Assembly: GCF_036321535.1 (NCBI RefSeq) | Contig: NC_087437.1 | Coordinates: forward strand, 8,370,001 to 8,434,000 | Length of the DNA: 64,000 bases | From: Camelus dromedarius | Taxonomy: Eukaryota | Direction: 5' to 3' | In this document: positions 38,870-51,924 of the stretch, in pieces | How the letters are laid out: every line of letters begins with the position of its first letter | Position numbering within the stretch: the stretch's first letter is position 1 | Notes under the pieces: generated by a model | The model's database searches: none | The model's input: the letters and a program-made list of their open reading frames with translations, nothing else | Told to the model about the DNA's origin: nothing | Translations under genes and position numbers: made by a program

Positions 38870-39156
38870 TTAGACAATAAAATTGCTTTAGATCAGTTGT
38901 TAACAAAAAAAAAAAAAAAAAAAAAAAGGAGGAGACATGTATAATGGCCAGTAGCTCCTGTTATGTGTGTATTAATACCACATCAGTAGTTAAAACCTAC
39001 TTAGATAAAAGGGACAACTGGCTGCAAATTTCTCCCAAAGGGCCAGCTCCAGATTGGTGTTCAGGTTTATTCTCTGAACCCCTCAGGGAATGGGGAATGA
39101 GGTCTACTTTGTCTGTTAAATTTCTGATCGTCATTCCTCCCACTACTTCTAATTGA
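38870..39156 (+). pseudogene. env: ERV env transmembrane remnant
   Basis: LDNKIALDQLLT-[poly(A)]-GG..CIMASSSCYVCINTTSVV matches the immunosuppressive domain plus a degenerate CX6CC motif. Track ORF 38944-39156 is this remnant. Confidence 0.85.
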
Positions 39157-40584
39157 GTCTGTTAGCACCAAAAGGGTGAACTAAAGGAGTGGGGTCTTAG
39201 TCACACAAGCCTTGGATTCAGGACTTGAAAAGCAAGAGTATTTTCAATTTGGTGTCCACTCCCCAGACTGAGGCAGGGCTTCGCCCCATTTCAGCAGGAA
39301 GTAGCCAGGGCAGTTTTCGCCTTACTCCCTGAAAGGTTTGGGGAAGGATGAACGGGACTGGAGATTGAAACTGAGTTCCCTTAAAACCAGGTTTCTCTGG
39401 CGAATCGATGGCTAACCTCTGTATCCAAAACATTATTCCCTTTTTTTCCCTAACACTTGTTCTCCCGAAGACTGAGGAGTATAAAAGGAAAGGGGGGACT
39501 TGTAACTGAGTATAAAAGGAAAGGAGGGACTTGTAACTGAGCAGGACCCTACTGGTCCTTCCCGGGCCACACCCCTCCCCCATACCCTCTGCTGTAGCTC
39601 CTCTGTGAAGGACCCAGATAATAGTATCTCATGCACATTTCCTGGGGTTTTAAGATGCTAAAACCCACCACCAAATGGAAGAAATTAACTACCTAATTAT
39701 GGAGAGCACTTGGCCCCCTAGACCTTCTGGTGCTTAAGGGCTGGCAGTGTTGATGCCCTGTTACCTCGACATCAGCCAATCAGAGAATTGTGCATGAGCT
39801 GATCACGCACCCTGTGACACCCCTCACCCTGTTGGCCTTTATATCCGCTTTGCTGAAACCCTTCAGGGAGTTCGGGATTCTCTTGGGCATGAGCCACCCA
39901 CCCTCCTTGCTTGGCCCTGCCACCGACCTGTCTCTCCTCCAGACTCTGACAGTTTGGTTTGTTTGGCCTCACTCACTGTGCATTGGGCACACAAATTTAT
40001 GTTCAGTGACAGTCCTTGGCCCTGAGACAATTACAGTTGGTTTATAGTGGCCTGGAGTGTGATTGCCAGGTAGAGGGGTGCTTGTGGGCTGTGGACGTAA
40101 TCAGCTGTTCAAGAAGGGGAAATGAGCAGCCTCTAGCCAGGGCCTCAAAACTGGGTCACGACAGCATTTATAAAAGTATTTTACTCCAGGCAAAATAAAT
40201 TTGACATTAAACCACTAAGTTTTGGGTAGTTTGTTATATTGTTATATAGTAATAGATAATTAGACTTTGACTGTTGGTAATTGCAGAAGCCTGCAAGATG
40301 GAGTCTGTTGAGTTCTCTAGATCCCGGGAGGCTGACATCTTCTATTAGCTTTTAGGGCCCTTTATAGGACCCCGAAGGGTCTCTCTGATCTAGGGTTTCA
40401 ATGTTCTTATTTACTGGGTCAGAACCTGGGCCATAAAATCTGGCCCCAGACTATTTCTGTGTCTCTCATGAAGCCCCGAGTGAGTGCTTTTTCTGTGGGT
40501 CTTCCCAGAGCTGCGGTGAGAGAGCTACTTTCTGGGTTTCAGGAGGAAAGAAAGTTATCTTGGTTTACTCTGGGGAGGAAGGTA

Positions 40585-41650
40585 TCTGTCTCAGTTTGGG
40601 TTCCCCTCAATGTAAAGCTTGAGAAAAGAATTTGGGGGCTTTATTTGCCAATGATCCAGGAAGCAGGCATGAAAGAGTGGAGGGGTAGACAGAGATGGAA
40701 GGAAACCCATGCAGGGGGTTGGTATCAGGGTTGTTGTAGGAAATAAAGACTTGAATCTTCTGGGACCGTCTGAGAAGCGTACCTCTTAGGTGAGTCCTCT
40801 TGTAGGGTAGTGTTGCTGGTAATTAGGTTCTTGTCTCATCACAGAAAGAATTCAGAGATGAGACACGAGGTCAAGAAAGTAAAGTGAGGATTTATTAAGG
40901 GATGGATAGCACACTCTCAAGGGGAGAGCCGGCAGGCTCAGGTGAGCGGCTGCCCTGAGTTTCTTTGGCAAGTAGGTGACACAGTGTGTAAAAATAGAAT
41001 GGGCAGAATATTCACTGGGGAGGGAGGGCTTTGGGGTCGTATTCCCTGATTTCCATCCTAGCTCCACCCTCCTGAAGGGAGGAGGGGTTTTTGCCCTTAT
41101 TTAGTCTAGATTGGAAGTGTCATGGCATCAGTGCATGATGGGTACTTCTCATCTGCAAGGCTAATTTTATTGTAATGAGGGCATAATGAGCAAAAGGTTA
41201 CATTCAGACCCTGGAGATTCCTGCTCTTCCCCACCTTTCTTTGCCTGCCTCTGGGATACTTGTCACCCTAAAATGTGTGATTTCTTATCAGTCTCAAGCT
41301 TCCTGATTTTCTCTGTCTGCCCAAGGGCCTCTGTTGTTCACAGGATGTACGGTTTCCTGCCATTTGGCCCAGGCCCCCTTTCTCTGCTCATATCTAGCTA
41401 TCTACCTGCTATAAAACTGGGAGGCAGAGGTATTTATCCAACCCTTCTCATTTGTCCTTGGGTTAAGGGCTGTCCCTGAGAGCAGCCTGTAGACTGTGTT
41501 TGCACATGAGCCGGGCAGGCTTCTGCAGCATCAGAAGGGGCCCTTGGCAGATGTGGGATACTGTCAGACTGACACTTGGCACGTCCAAGACGGTGTGCTA
41601 TAAGACACCAGAGGTGTTACCACAGAATCAGAGTAGGGGAGTACACTGCA
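40585..41650 (-). mobile_element. Old ERVL-type LTR (LTR16/LTR33-like) interrupted by a younger LTR
   Basis: tgtctcagtttgggttcccc...tttatttgccaatgatccaggaagca, resuming ggtatttatccaac...gggttaagggctgtccctg. Confidence 0.55.
40811..41414 (-). mobile_element. ERV1-type solo LTR
   Basis: tgttgctggtaattaggttcttgtctc...gaaagaattcagag...tttatt (AATAAA on minus)...ctcatatctagctatctacct. Confidence 0.8.
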
Positions 41651-42591
41651 GCTGGGGTCAAAGGCTGGGGTTCCAGCTCCCAATTATAGCACTAACCAAG
41701 TAGCCATGAAAAAGGCATTGACCTCCCAGGGTTAGCTTTCTCATAGGTGAAACGAGGATGACATCATCAGGTGAACTTTGTGTGGAAGATGCGGAGCCAA
41801 GGGCAGTGGGTCACCAGGAGAAGTGAACTAGCTGGCTGCCCAGGGGTCTCTGGAGGAATTCTCCATAATCCATGCAGACTAGGGTTTCGCCTGTCCTGAC
41901 AGGGGTCTCTTCTTCTAAGTCACAACTGGTTAACCAAATTCATGAAGAATGATGTATATAAACCAGCATGGGCATTTTTAAATTTAGAACGAGAAAGGTA
42001 GGGTCCCCGGGAATGCACAGTGGTTTTCTTTGGCTAGGGTGTACCATCTGTGTAGGCAAGTTATTCTGGAAGTTCAAGCAAAGTGAGAATGTCATCAGGT
42101 GGGAATATGATTCAAATAAACGGAGCTGGTTACATGGATTGCACTTTGGAGCATCAGGGTAAGGGTAACCTGACGTAGCCTTTCCTATAGTCGGGGTATC
42201 AGCTTCTCTGACTTGTACAGTGACCTTCATTAAGAATGACCCAGTCATTGGCAAATATCTCCAAGCTTGCCTTATGCATGTCTGGGATTCAGTCGACCTT
42301 TATAAGTCAACTCTGCATACATATCTCTATCACTATGCATTGTATTGACTTTGCAGTGAAACTTTCAGAGGACAACTTTTTTTTTTTTTTTTTTAACCAA
42401 ACACTTCAGGGAGCAATTCATCCTTTACACAGCCTGACAGGGTTATTGCAGAGTTTCCATGACACTGTTAAACTGGTAACCATGGTGTGTGTTACTCTTT
42501 ATGTTGTTAAATCATGGAATCCAAGAGGCAGTCCTGGGCTCTGGCAAGTAGAGGAACGAGTCTGATAATCAATGAAATACAAGAATACTTT

Positions 42592-42703
42592 GTTTATTAA
42601 AATTTTTTAAAAAATTGAAGTACAGTCAGTTACAATGTGTCAATTTCTGGTGTACAGTACAATGTCCCAGCCATGCATATACATACATATATTCGTTTTC
42701 ATA
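42592..42703 (-). mobile_element. Very short L1 3' terminus
   Basis: ttgaagtacagtcagttacaatgtg.... TSD aagaatacttt / aagagtacttt. Confidence 0.8.
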
Positions 42704-43344
42704 AAGAGTACTTTAAAAAATTCCTGTTTTGTTGAAACAAAGTTAATGGACTTTTGGCATCATGAATAGAAGGGCTTATGTCACCTTAGTTTTTCATTAG
42801 CCAATTTCTGTACTTACAGCTTGAGTCCTGTTGATCAAATTATAAAATCATCTTAAAAGCGTTATGAAGAATTTTATTAGGAATTGTCAAGTCTAGTAAA
42901 GGGGGAAACAAAACATGGAAAAGCTTGGGCTTATTGACCATAAAATACAATTTTTTAAAAGCCACATTTGAAAGAAATGGCACAAATCTGGAAATTGGGA
43001 GACCTGTATTTGCCTTGTTCTGCTGACTAAAATGTTGTATGAGATTCAAGTTTGCTCAGCTATAGAAAAAGGACTAAATTAGTTAATTCTCTTTATATTT
43101 CAGCTCTGAAACTTTTTGGATACAAATCACTGAGGACTTTTGGTGGGTAGCGGCAATAGCAATCAGATCACTTCTCAAAGTGTGAATATTCTGGAGAGAA
43201 ACGAGGGGTGAGAAGAGGTTCATTTTTGTAGGAGGGAAATCACTAACTTGTATTTCAGGAAATTACAGTCTGACATTTTCAATTTTCTGACACTAAACCA
43301 GAGGGAAAATACTTGAGGAAAAATCAGTAGGACGTTCCTAATAA

Positions 43345-43965
43345 AGGTGAATCACTGCCCCAGTCTGACTGGAACTGTTTTCCAAAAAGCAAGCTTTTCA
43401 CTAGGTCCACTGAAGAAAAATGTACAACCTAAAAGTTGAGAAATAGTTTTATTTGGAGGACATTTCTGAGGACTTCAAGCCCATGAAACGAGCCTCCCAG
43501 ATGGCTCTGAGGGACTGTTCTGAAGAGGCAGGGGAGAAGCCAGGATACACAGGAATTTTTTGCAATAAAGACCAGGTAGCAGGAACATCCAAAATTACTG
43601 TTAACTAAAGAAAACCAGACATCTCAAGGAACTTGGCGCTTTTCTATGTAGGGGAAGATGCAAGAGTCTGGACTCACTGAAATCACTCCTTTGATATGAA
43701 CCTTAGCTGTGTAGGGCCAGTGTCCTGTTCTTTCCTATCCCGAGTGTCCTCAGGGTGCACTGTTGGGGTGGCTGTAGCTGATATGCCAGGCAGGTGTCCT
43801 ATTTTTCTCCTGAGTTCCCTCAGGGCTCACCACTGGGGGCAGCTGCAATGTGATGGCTCAGTGACTCCAGCATCCTTTGTTTACTGATATGGCAGGCAAT
43901 ATTTTTCATTTACAACTATTAAATAGGGGGAAGTCCAGGGCAAAATGGGACCAGTTGGTCCCTTT
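43345..43965. mobile_element. hAT-Blackjack MITE (MER94/MER81-like) split by LTR
   Basis: aggtgaatcactgccccagtctgactggaac ... gtccagggcaaaatgggaccagttggtccc resemble the inverted termini of this group. Confidence 0.5.
43404..43914 (-). mobile_element. ERV1-type solo LTR (MER34/MER39-like)
   Basis: Reverse complement resembles 8975-9452 (tttgtttactgata...tttttcatttaca). Perfect 4-bp TSD acta (43400-43403 / 43915-43918). Confidence 0.87.
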
Positions 43966-43989
43966 ACTCCTGACATGCAATCTTAGTAT

Positions 43990-44320
43990 CTATCTTAGTC
44001 TGCTCTGCTCTAACAAAAATACCATGGACTGAGCACATTAAGCAGCAAACATTGCCTTCTCACCATCTTGGAGGCTGGGAAGTCCAAGATCAAGGAGACT
44101 GCAGATTTGGAGTCTGGGGAGGACCTGCTTTCTCGTTCATAGATGGCCATCTTCTCGCTGTGTCCTCACATGGCAGAAGGGCAAGGGAGTCCTCTGAGGA
44201 ATCTTCACGAAGGCACTAATCCCATTCATGAGGGCTGCACCCTCATGACCTAATCACCTCCCGATACCCCCACATCGGGGAATAGATTCTGACATAAGAA
44301 TTTTGCGGGGACGTGACTAT
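43990..44320 (-). mobile_element. MaLR LTR (MLT1A/B-like)
   Basis: ctaacaaaaataccatggactg...gaggctgggaagtccaagatcaagg...ccctcatgacctaatcacctccc. Confidence 0.85.
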
Positions 44321-46204
44321 TGCCAGGAGCAGCATTATTTCAGCCTAGGCTCCAAGCTGCCCCCTGTTTTGATGGCAGCCAAGAGGTAGGAGGAGTTGCT
44401 AGTAATAAACTTCAGATGAAGCACCTTACAAATGGTGCTTCTAAAAGGCACCATCTCAGTGATGAATACAGTTTTAAAGTCACAGGCAGGGGGACGGGTA
44501 GAAAGTCAGGCAGGTTAAGACATCAACATGTTTCCCCAGGGTTGTGTATGCAGTTATCTGTTCCTTCACATCTTTGGTGTCATGGAGTACCTCTTCTGTG
44601 TGCAGCTAGTTGCTGGGGACGAAAACAAACAAACAAATAACACAACAGGAGCAGCTCTCATGAAATTTATTTTAATCCGCCTTGTTATTACTAAGCTGGT
44701 CCTCCTGTTTCTCCTCCGAGTGCCGTCCTGTATGTGCCTCCCTTATCTTTGTGCTGAGCCCAGGGCCCAGTGCAAGGCTGGCACTCAACCAGTATTTGTT
44801 GAATTTCTGCTATCCCCTTTGCTCTTTCTGCCTTAAAAATAACCCCTCTTTCCTCTTCTCTGTCTCAAAGGATTCCACTAACATTTTTTCTCCAGGACTC
44901 AAAGCACCTGGCAAATATTTTCCAAGATCTTTACAGCATGTCTCTGAAATAGATAAGAAGGACCCTGGGAGCAGTTGTCCCCAACCTGGGCTGTGGTCTC
45001 TCTTGGTTCTCCTGTCTCCTTTTACTGATGGTCCATTTGAGTGTCCACGACAGGGCAGGACACAGTTTAATAGTTCTCATGGCTCATTTTGGGTGTCTGC
45101 AGGGCAGCCGTCTCAGGAAATACGTGGACTTCAAAGGTACTGATTGGAGGCAGATTCAGATCAAAGCAAGAAGCACAGTAAATACGCCGAGTTTAGGCCT
45201 CTTGTTCCATAGCACGGGGCCTATAAAGGTCTCCCGAGGACATGCGCCAGCAAGGGCCACCTGGAGCTGTAATTTTCCAGTCCTTCTGGAGATGAAGGTG
45301 AGGTCATTGCTGTTGATTCCATTTTGGAGTTTGGCAGCAGGCAGGGATCTTGGGATTTAACTCTGTCCGAATGTCACTACCTTGAAAATAGGACAAAATA
45401 GTGAGACATTTATGACAAGGCTATTTGCTTTTTGCATAATGTCTGGAATTGAAGAGCTAAAAATATTACTCAGTTAAAAAAAATCCCTAATTAATTCCTA
45501 TCACATTTCAGTGAGATAGATGAGTATGTTCATTTTTTTTTTTCAAATAGGAAGGACAACTGAATCCCTTAGTAATTACTGAGGGTCACACATCAAATTA
45601 ACAACTGCACTAATGTCCCGCAGACGTCTAGTGTAACACCATGAGACATTTCTTGGTCTCAGCAGGCACGGCACATTTGAAATTGTTGAAACGCTGGGAC
45701 TTTGCTTGGATTCTAGGGTTACAAACCCTGCAGTAGGGTTTACCTAATTTACTTATCATCGATCAGTGTGACCTGATATTTGCATTGTTAATGGCCCTTA
45801 AGCTTAGATCTGTCTAAATCATTGCCCCAGTATAGGCAGGCGGTTTGTGGGAAGAAGTGCCTTCCCACAGTTGAGCAAACTCCTGCACGTGGGCAGCAAA
45901 TGTCTTTAAACTTAGAAATAGCAATTGGAAAATCAGTTGTCTTGATGACAAAGCAATAAAACCAGCCAGCCCTTTGTTATGTGTGTGTGTGTATGTGTAT
46001 GTGTGTCTGTCTGTGTTATGAACTAAATTTTATTACAGGTCATCACCAATTCTTAGGGGGAAAAAAAGAACTTTAAAATTCTCCAGGGTCTTGATGAAAA
46101 GGATGGCATAGGAAGCAACCAGCCAAGGTAGTAATCCTTTTTAGCCACTACTTGGGAGATATGCCTACTTAGAAAAAACTGTCTTATCTATCTATGTATC
46201 TATG

Positions 46205-47160
46205 TACCTATCTATCTTAGAGTTAATACATTCATATGGTTAAATAAAAATCACAAAGTGCAAACAAGTTCATAGTTACAAGTCTCCCTTTTATTCTTTG
46301 TCCTCTCTACCTACCAAGATCCCTCAGCCACAGGTAACTAGTCTTCTTAATTTCTTACCTACTCAGATTTTCAGAGTTTTAAAAAATTTATATGGAAGTC
46401 AATTAAAATATGATTTCTTTCCTCCTCCCTTTTACACCATAGGGAACATACCATAGACACTCATGTGCAGTTTGCTTTCATCACCTAACGGAGGATCTTG
46501 GCGATCTTGCCTTAGCAGGACATAGAGAGCTCCCTCCCTTATATTTTTTCCAGCTGTATGGTACTTCATTGCTGAGATCAATGTTTTTCAAATTTTATGT
46601 GCATCAGAAGCACCTGGAGGGCCTGTTAAACTACAGATTAACAGATTAACTCTACCCTCAAGTCTCTGATTCAAGAGTCTGGGGTGGTGTCTGAGAATTT
46701 ACATTTCTGATAAATTTTCAGGAGATGTGGATGCAGCTGTCTGGGGACCTCACTTTGAGAACCACTGTTCTAGATGTACCATAATATATTTAGCCTGTGG
46801 ACAGTCAAAAGGGATTCTTCCAACCTCTTGCCATTACAAACTGTGAAGCAATAGATTTTCTTATTCATATACTATTTATATACCATTTTATACAGGTATA
46901 ACTATTTCTGTAGGATAAGTTTCTAAAAGCATATTTTCTGGGTTGAGAGTTACATAAATATATAATTTTGATATATAGTGCCAAATTAGTGGTGGTTCCA
47001 ATTTATACTTGTGCCAGCAATATATGAAAGTGCCTGTTACACCATGCCAAGAAAGTCTGTTATAAAACTTTTTTTTGATAGTCCGATAGGTAAAAAATTG
47101 TTTTAAGGTAAAAAATTGTTTTAATTTATATTTCTCTTTTCATATAATTAAGGGCCCTTT
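46205..47160 (-). mobile_element. Old L1 (L1ME-type) 3' region with nested MER5A (~46580-46768)
   Basis: aggtaactagt..., ccaatttatacttgtgccagcaatatatgaaagtgcctgtt. MER5A: gtgcatcagaagcacctggagggcc...cactttgagaaccactg. Confidence 0.7.
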
Positions 47161-47329
47161 GTTTTCTGAAACTTACTTTTTTTGAGTAAGTTACCTAATC
47201 ATTCTAGATCTCAACTGATCTGTAAAATGAGAATATTAGTGATTCTTAGGAATTAGGTAGCCCAAATGGCTATAACCCCAAACTTTAATTCTAAATAATC
47301 AAACTCCACTTTATTCCATCACAAAGTTT

Positions 47330-47700
47330 CTTTCATTTGTTCATTTATCTATTCATGAAACACTTATTCAGCACCTACTATACTAGGTAGTGGGAATGAT
47401 GAGGTGAAAAACTTATCTTCAAGGAATTCCCTGTACACTAGGGAAGACCAGCCTGTGAAGGGTTACGTTACCTTAGCTACGATGATGCCTACAAAGCCAG
47501 AAAGGCACGTCAGCACAAGAAACCCTCACTCTCCCTGGGGGAATCAGGGAAAGCTTCATGCAGAAGGTGGCTTTGAACTCACACTTAATGAAGAGTAGTT
47601 TGCTAGATGGATGAGTTGGGGAGGGTGTTCCAGACAGAAGAACTGCTGGAACAAAACCCAAGAGGCATGAGAAAATGTGGACATTAGTGAATGATACAGT
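47330..47700 (-). mobile_element. L2 3' end
   Basis: ttcatttgttcatttatctattcatgaaacacttattcagcacctacta...gaatcagggaaagcttc...gagggtgttccagacagaag. Confidence 0.7.
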
Positions 47701-48879
47701 AGTGTTAATGCTTAAACAGCAGGAATGGAAGAGGGACATCTCTGACTTTCTAACTCACCTTTGGGGCAGGAGAAGAGCCTCAATTCCTTCAAGTTGTGTG
47801 CTCATTCCAAACTTTAATATGAATGTCGATGTTAGACTATAATATGATTGTTTCCCTCTTATTTCCAGTAGCCAGTTTCCTCTCTATTAGTTCTCTTATC
47901 TGGACATCTGGTGACCACAGCATTTGTGGTTTGGACTCTTCTTTGTCTCAAATGCAGACTTATTTGGGTCCTTGCAGCATGAACTTGCCAATTTAATGTT
48001 CCATCCATGATTCCATAATTCTCAATGAGAGAGTCAGAGGTTAACAGAAAAATAAAATAGACCAAATGTCTTATGCTATAACTTTGACAGTGTATGTTCT
48101 CAAGGACTATTTGTGGAAACAGGGAGGTGCTCAGAAAATATTACTGGGTAAAGAGAGGATGCAGAATGTCTCAAGATATAACAAGTGTTCTTTCTGTTAT
48201 TTTTCATACATAAATTTCTATCTATCTCATCTATCCATCCTATTTACTTGGCTAAAGCTGATGTATTCTGATGTATTTCTACATCATTAAAACTCTCCTT
48301 AGACACCAGTTTTAGGTTGTCTTGACTACCATTCATGGCACCATTGGGTGAATAAACCATTTGGTTGTTTATTTTCTGATTATTAAACATTTGGGTTTGT
48401 GTATTTTTATCCATATAAGCAGTGATAAAAGAAATAAACTAAATTACTAATAGAGTTTATATTGAATAGTGGGAAATGGGCAACGATGATCTTCGTACTG
48501 AAAACGGTGTAAAAAAAAAAAAAAGCCAGGTGTGAGAAAGATACTTTGATTACTGTAACAGCAGTAACAATGGCAGCAGTAACAGTTCACATTTATTAGG
48601 TGTTGTGTACCCAGCACTGTGTGAAGAGGAAGTGTCGTATGATTCCTGTTTTGGACTATTTAGTTCTCCAAAGGCCACACCATGAAGTCTGTACGGTTAT
48701 CAACCCCCTTTGACATGTAGAGAGAAACTTTGTGTTTCAGTAGAAAACTCTGGCACACCCTTATGGGTTGTCAAATTCTGGCTGTTCCTTGTCTTTGAGA
48801 CATTTTGAACTTCTCTGTAAATGGCAGGTAACTGACAGAGGCAAACCCTGTTTTGTCTGGTAAAGATGTAGTTCACTTG

Positions 48880-49532
48880 TCTCATTGTTACCTGCTGGAC
48901 ATAAGTTTTCAACTCTTTTGGTAGATGCCAAGGAGAATGATTGCATGGTAAGAGTGTTTAGTTTTATTAAAAAAAAAAAAAGTCAACCCATTTTCCAAAG
49001 TAACTGTACAATTCTCATTCCCACCCGTAATGAATGAGAGTTCCTGCTGTTCCACAGCTTTGCTGGCATCTGGTGTTGTCAGTGCTTTGAATTTTGGCCA
49101 TTTTAATAGGTGTGTAGTGGTATCTCATCGTCATTTTAATTTGCGTTTCCCTGATGATATAGGACGTGGAGCATCTTTTCTTATGCTTATATGCCATCTA
49201 TATATCTTCCTTTTTTAGTCTTTTTTTTTGGGAAGGGAGGTAATTAGGATTGATTAATTAATTATTTAATTAATGGAGGTACTGGGGATTGAACCCAGGA
49301 CTTCATGCTAAACACGCCCTCTACCACTGAGCTGTACCCTCCCTGCCCCGCACTCCCATATATCTTCTTTAGTGAGGTGTCCGTTGAGGTGTTTTAATGA
49401 GGTTTTTTTTTGTTGTTGTTGTTGTTGAGTATTAGATGTTCTTTGTATATTTTGCATAACAATACTTTGTCAAATATGTTCTCTTGCAAATATTTGTTCC
49501 CCAATCTGTAGCTTATCTTTTCATTCTCTTGA
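48880..49532 (-). mobile_element. L1 (L1MB-type) ORF2 fragment interrupted by SINE
   Basis: Minus ORF 49015-49197 MAYKHKKRCSTSYIIRETQIKMTMRYHYTP is L1 ORF2. Confidence 0.85.
49211..49357 (-). mobile_element. tRNA-Ala-derived SINE (vic-1-like)
   Basis: Head and tail present; flanking duplication tatatcttc. Confidence 0.88.
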
Positions 49533-51924
49533 TGGATTTTTAACTTGACAGACATATTCAGAAAAAATGGTGAAAAACTTTGAAATGCTCAAATCCCCAC
49601 CTCCGCTCCTCCTCCGCAAGAAGGTTACCTAACATCTTATTAGTGCAGTCTTCAGAGTTATCTATGTCTTTCACTGTCTTTGAGTGAATTTACCAATTTG
49701 TAAGCTTCAGAAAACTGATGACAATTATGATTCTTTTCCTTAGAAATGCAAATAAACTGTGTTCAAAATGTACCTCCTTAGTGCTTTGAGGATAGACCTC
49801 TTTGCCTCTGTAATTTCAGTTCAGTGTTCCTTATTGCTTATATAGATGTAGTTCTTTGAATTATCCTTGGAGCTGGTTGTAACATCTTACTGGTTTCCTC
49901 ATTGACTAATGCATTAAATAAACTTTTTGACACATTCATTTTGTATCCATTTGTCTGAGAGCCATGATTTTACCTTACAATTAGAAAAAAATTTTTCTTT
50001 AACAGATAGTTGGTATAACATAGATTACACAGCTAGTGGAGGCTTGTCTCACACACAAGACTCAGACCACAAAGCTCATGTTCTTACTCACCACGTTGTA
50101 CTTGGAAGCAAAAAGATACAACGGAGAAGTGAAAGAATTTTGCCTATTGAGACCAGCATTCTAATGGTTAAAGCCATTGATTCCTGTGGGGAACTCAAAT
50201 TGGAAAGAAGAACAGATAAATAAGTTCACTTACAAAGAGTTGGAAAACCTACATTTCACCAAATATAGTTTCTTCCAAAAGTCCCTCCTAGCATTTGGGA
50301 ATCAGAGTAATTAGCAGAGAAATCAGGCTGCTCTATCGAGCTTAAGGACATTTTCTAAAAAAGTCTAGTGAGAATACGAAATTCTAATGAACATCCAAGA
50401 GGGTGGTCACCTGGGACCGTGAGCCCAGGGTGTTGTAGGAGTTGCTTTGTTTGGGTGAAGTCCCCTTGGGTTGACAGTTGAATGTCTGCAGATCAAGTGC
50501 AGATAATATTTGGGTAGACAATTGAAAAGTGATTTTTTGATTCTCTCCTCAGCTGCTGCTGACTGATCAGCTGGGATGCTACCCAGGCTCCTTCACTGAT
50601 AAAGCTGCACCAAAGCAGCACATGAGTTTCTGTGTCATTGTTGATTTAGCAGGGGAAGAATTTGGAAACACTTCTTTTATCAGTTGTGAGTCAACTGGCC
50701 TAGGCTTTGCTTACTGGATGTTGCTTCTGTTGGGAGGAAACACGTTACTATGGATAAACAACTAATTGAAGGAAAACCATACAAAACAATTATTCTCGTC
50801 GTCTCCCTGGCATTCATTCTACCTCGTTCCATTTTGTTGGCCACCATGATCCACGTCTCCTGCATTGGGCTGTGAACAGGAAAAGCCACTTAGGATTATC
50901 TGATTTCCCTGGGCAGAGAGATTGGCCAAGGTGGGGGACTTCCTGACCTGGGCAGACACCAGCATGTACATGATATTCCTTTGGCCACAGTGATTGCTTA
51001 GGGCAGTCCAATCAGAGTAAACCTTAGAGGTTTTGTTCTATTGTTATGGGAAACTATAAAACCTGGATGTGTTTGAGAAAGAATTGTAGCTCCACTCCTG
51101 CTTAGCAGTGCTCTTTTGTCCATGAGAAAAGCCACCTTGAAGACCAAGTGGATACAAAGAAGAATGCCTAAAAATCAAAGAGAAATGAAAACAAACCCTA
51201 ATGAAGTTGCACTTAAAGCCCATTTGACCTCTGGTCTTCTCGATGACTGGAACCTGTAATTCCCTTCATTGTTTGAATCAATTTGATTTGAGTATTTCCT
51301 ACCACCAAACATAGGCTCTTTCTATGGCCCCTGTTGCTTCCTAGTCTTCACATGATACAAAGGATATCTCAGTACATGCTTTGGCTTGAATCTTGTCCTT
51401 GGAAAAGAGCTGAGAATATGCTTACCAGCAGCCTCTGGGACTCTCAGAATTTGTTCAATCTGGGAAGCTCTTCACCCCACTCAGCCCTAGCAGTTAGAGG
51501 TGTTACTCTTGACTGGATTTCTGGGCAGAGAATAGGATTGGCCCCAATTAGGGAAAGCTGGAGAATTCTGGACAGATGGAGTTTCATGGAATTTTCTCTA
51601 GGAAGCACAGTTCTACAGATTTGGAGATGATCAGGCTTTTATTTGTGCATCTTTAAGACCAGGGGCGTCTCAAAGCCTGACTCCCCTACCAGTACTATAA
51701 GCTCTAAGGATCAGGAGTCACATTTGTTTTATTCACTGCTGTATCTCCAGTGCCTTACACAGTGACTGGCCCCTAGGAAGCATTTGATAATTATCTATTA
51801 AATTAGAAAAACAAACAGAAGAATGGTACAGAATTATTGGTAGGTTTCTTTTGATACTGTACCAGTAAGGGATTTTCATTTCAGAGCATATAATTATAAT
51901 CACAGTTTGCAGGGTTTTTTCTTT

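Larger units (their letters stand above)
34071..40011 (+). mobile_element. Class I (ERV1, MER4-group-like) defective provirus with two LTRs
   Basis: 5' LTR 34071-34542 and 3' LTR 39532-40011 share gtaactgagc.ggaccct...ccaaatggaagaaa...gggcacacaaa...gtgaca. Also a degenerate PBS, gag and env remnants, an AT-rich non-coding interior and a PPT. No pol recognised. Confidence 0.9.

Noticed and set aside
38870..39156. Syncytin-like captured env gene
   Set aside because: Only a short TM remnant with a poly(A) tract, frameshift and mutated CX6CC; no SU or signal peptide.
40368..40381. gaccc-cgaa-gggtc mini-hairpin
   Set aside because: A 5-bp stem is expected by chance; no supporting context.
44682..45360. 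153-aa and 110-aa ORFs
   Set aside because: The start overlaps a probable L2 3' remnant, the composition is atypical and there is no recognisable homology.
47088..47123. Short tandem duplications (also ~35187-35223 and ~18938-18971)
   Set aside because: Ordinary 17-20 bp slippage duplications inside repeats with no functional indication.
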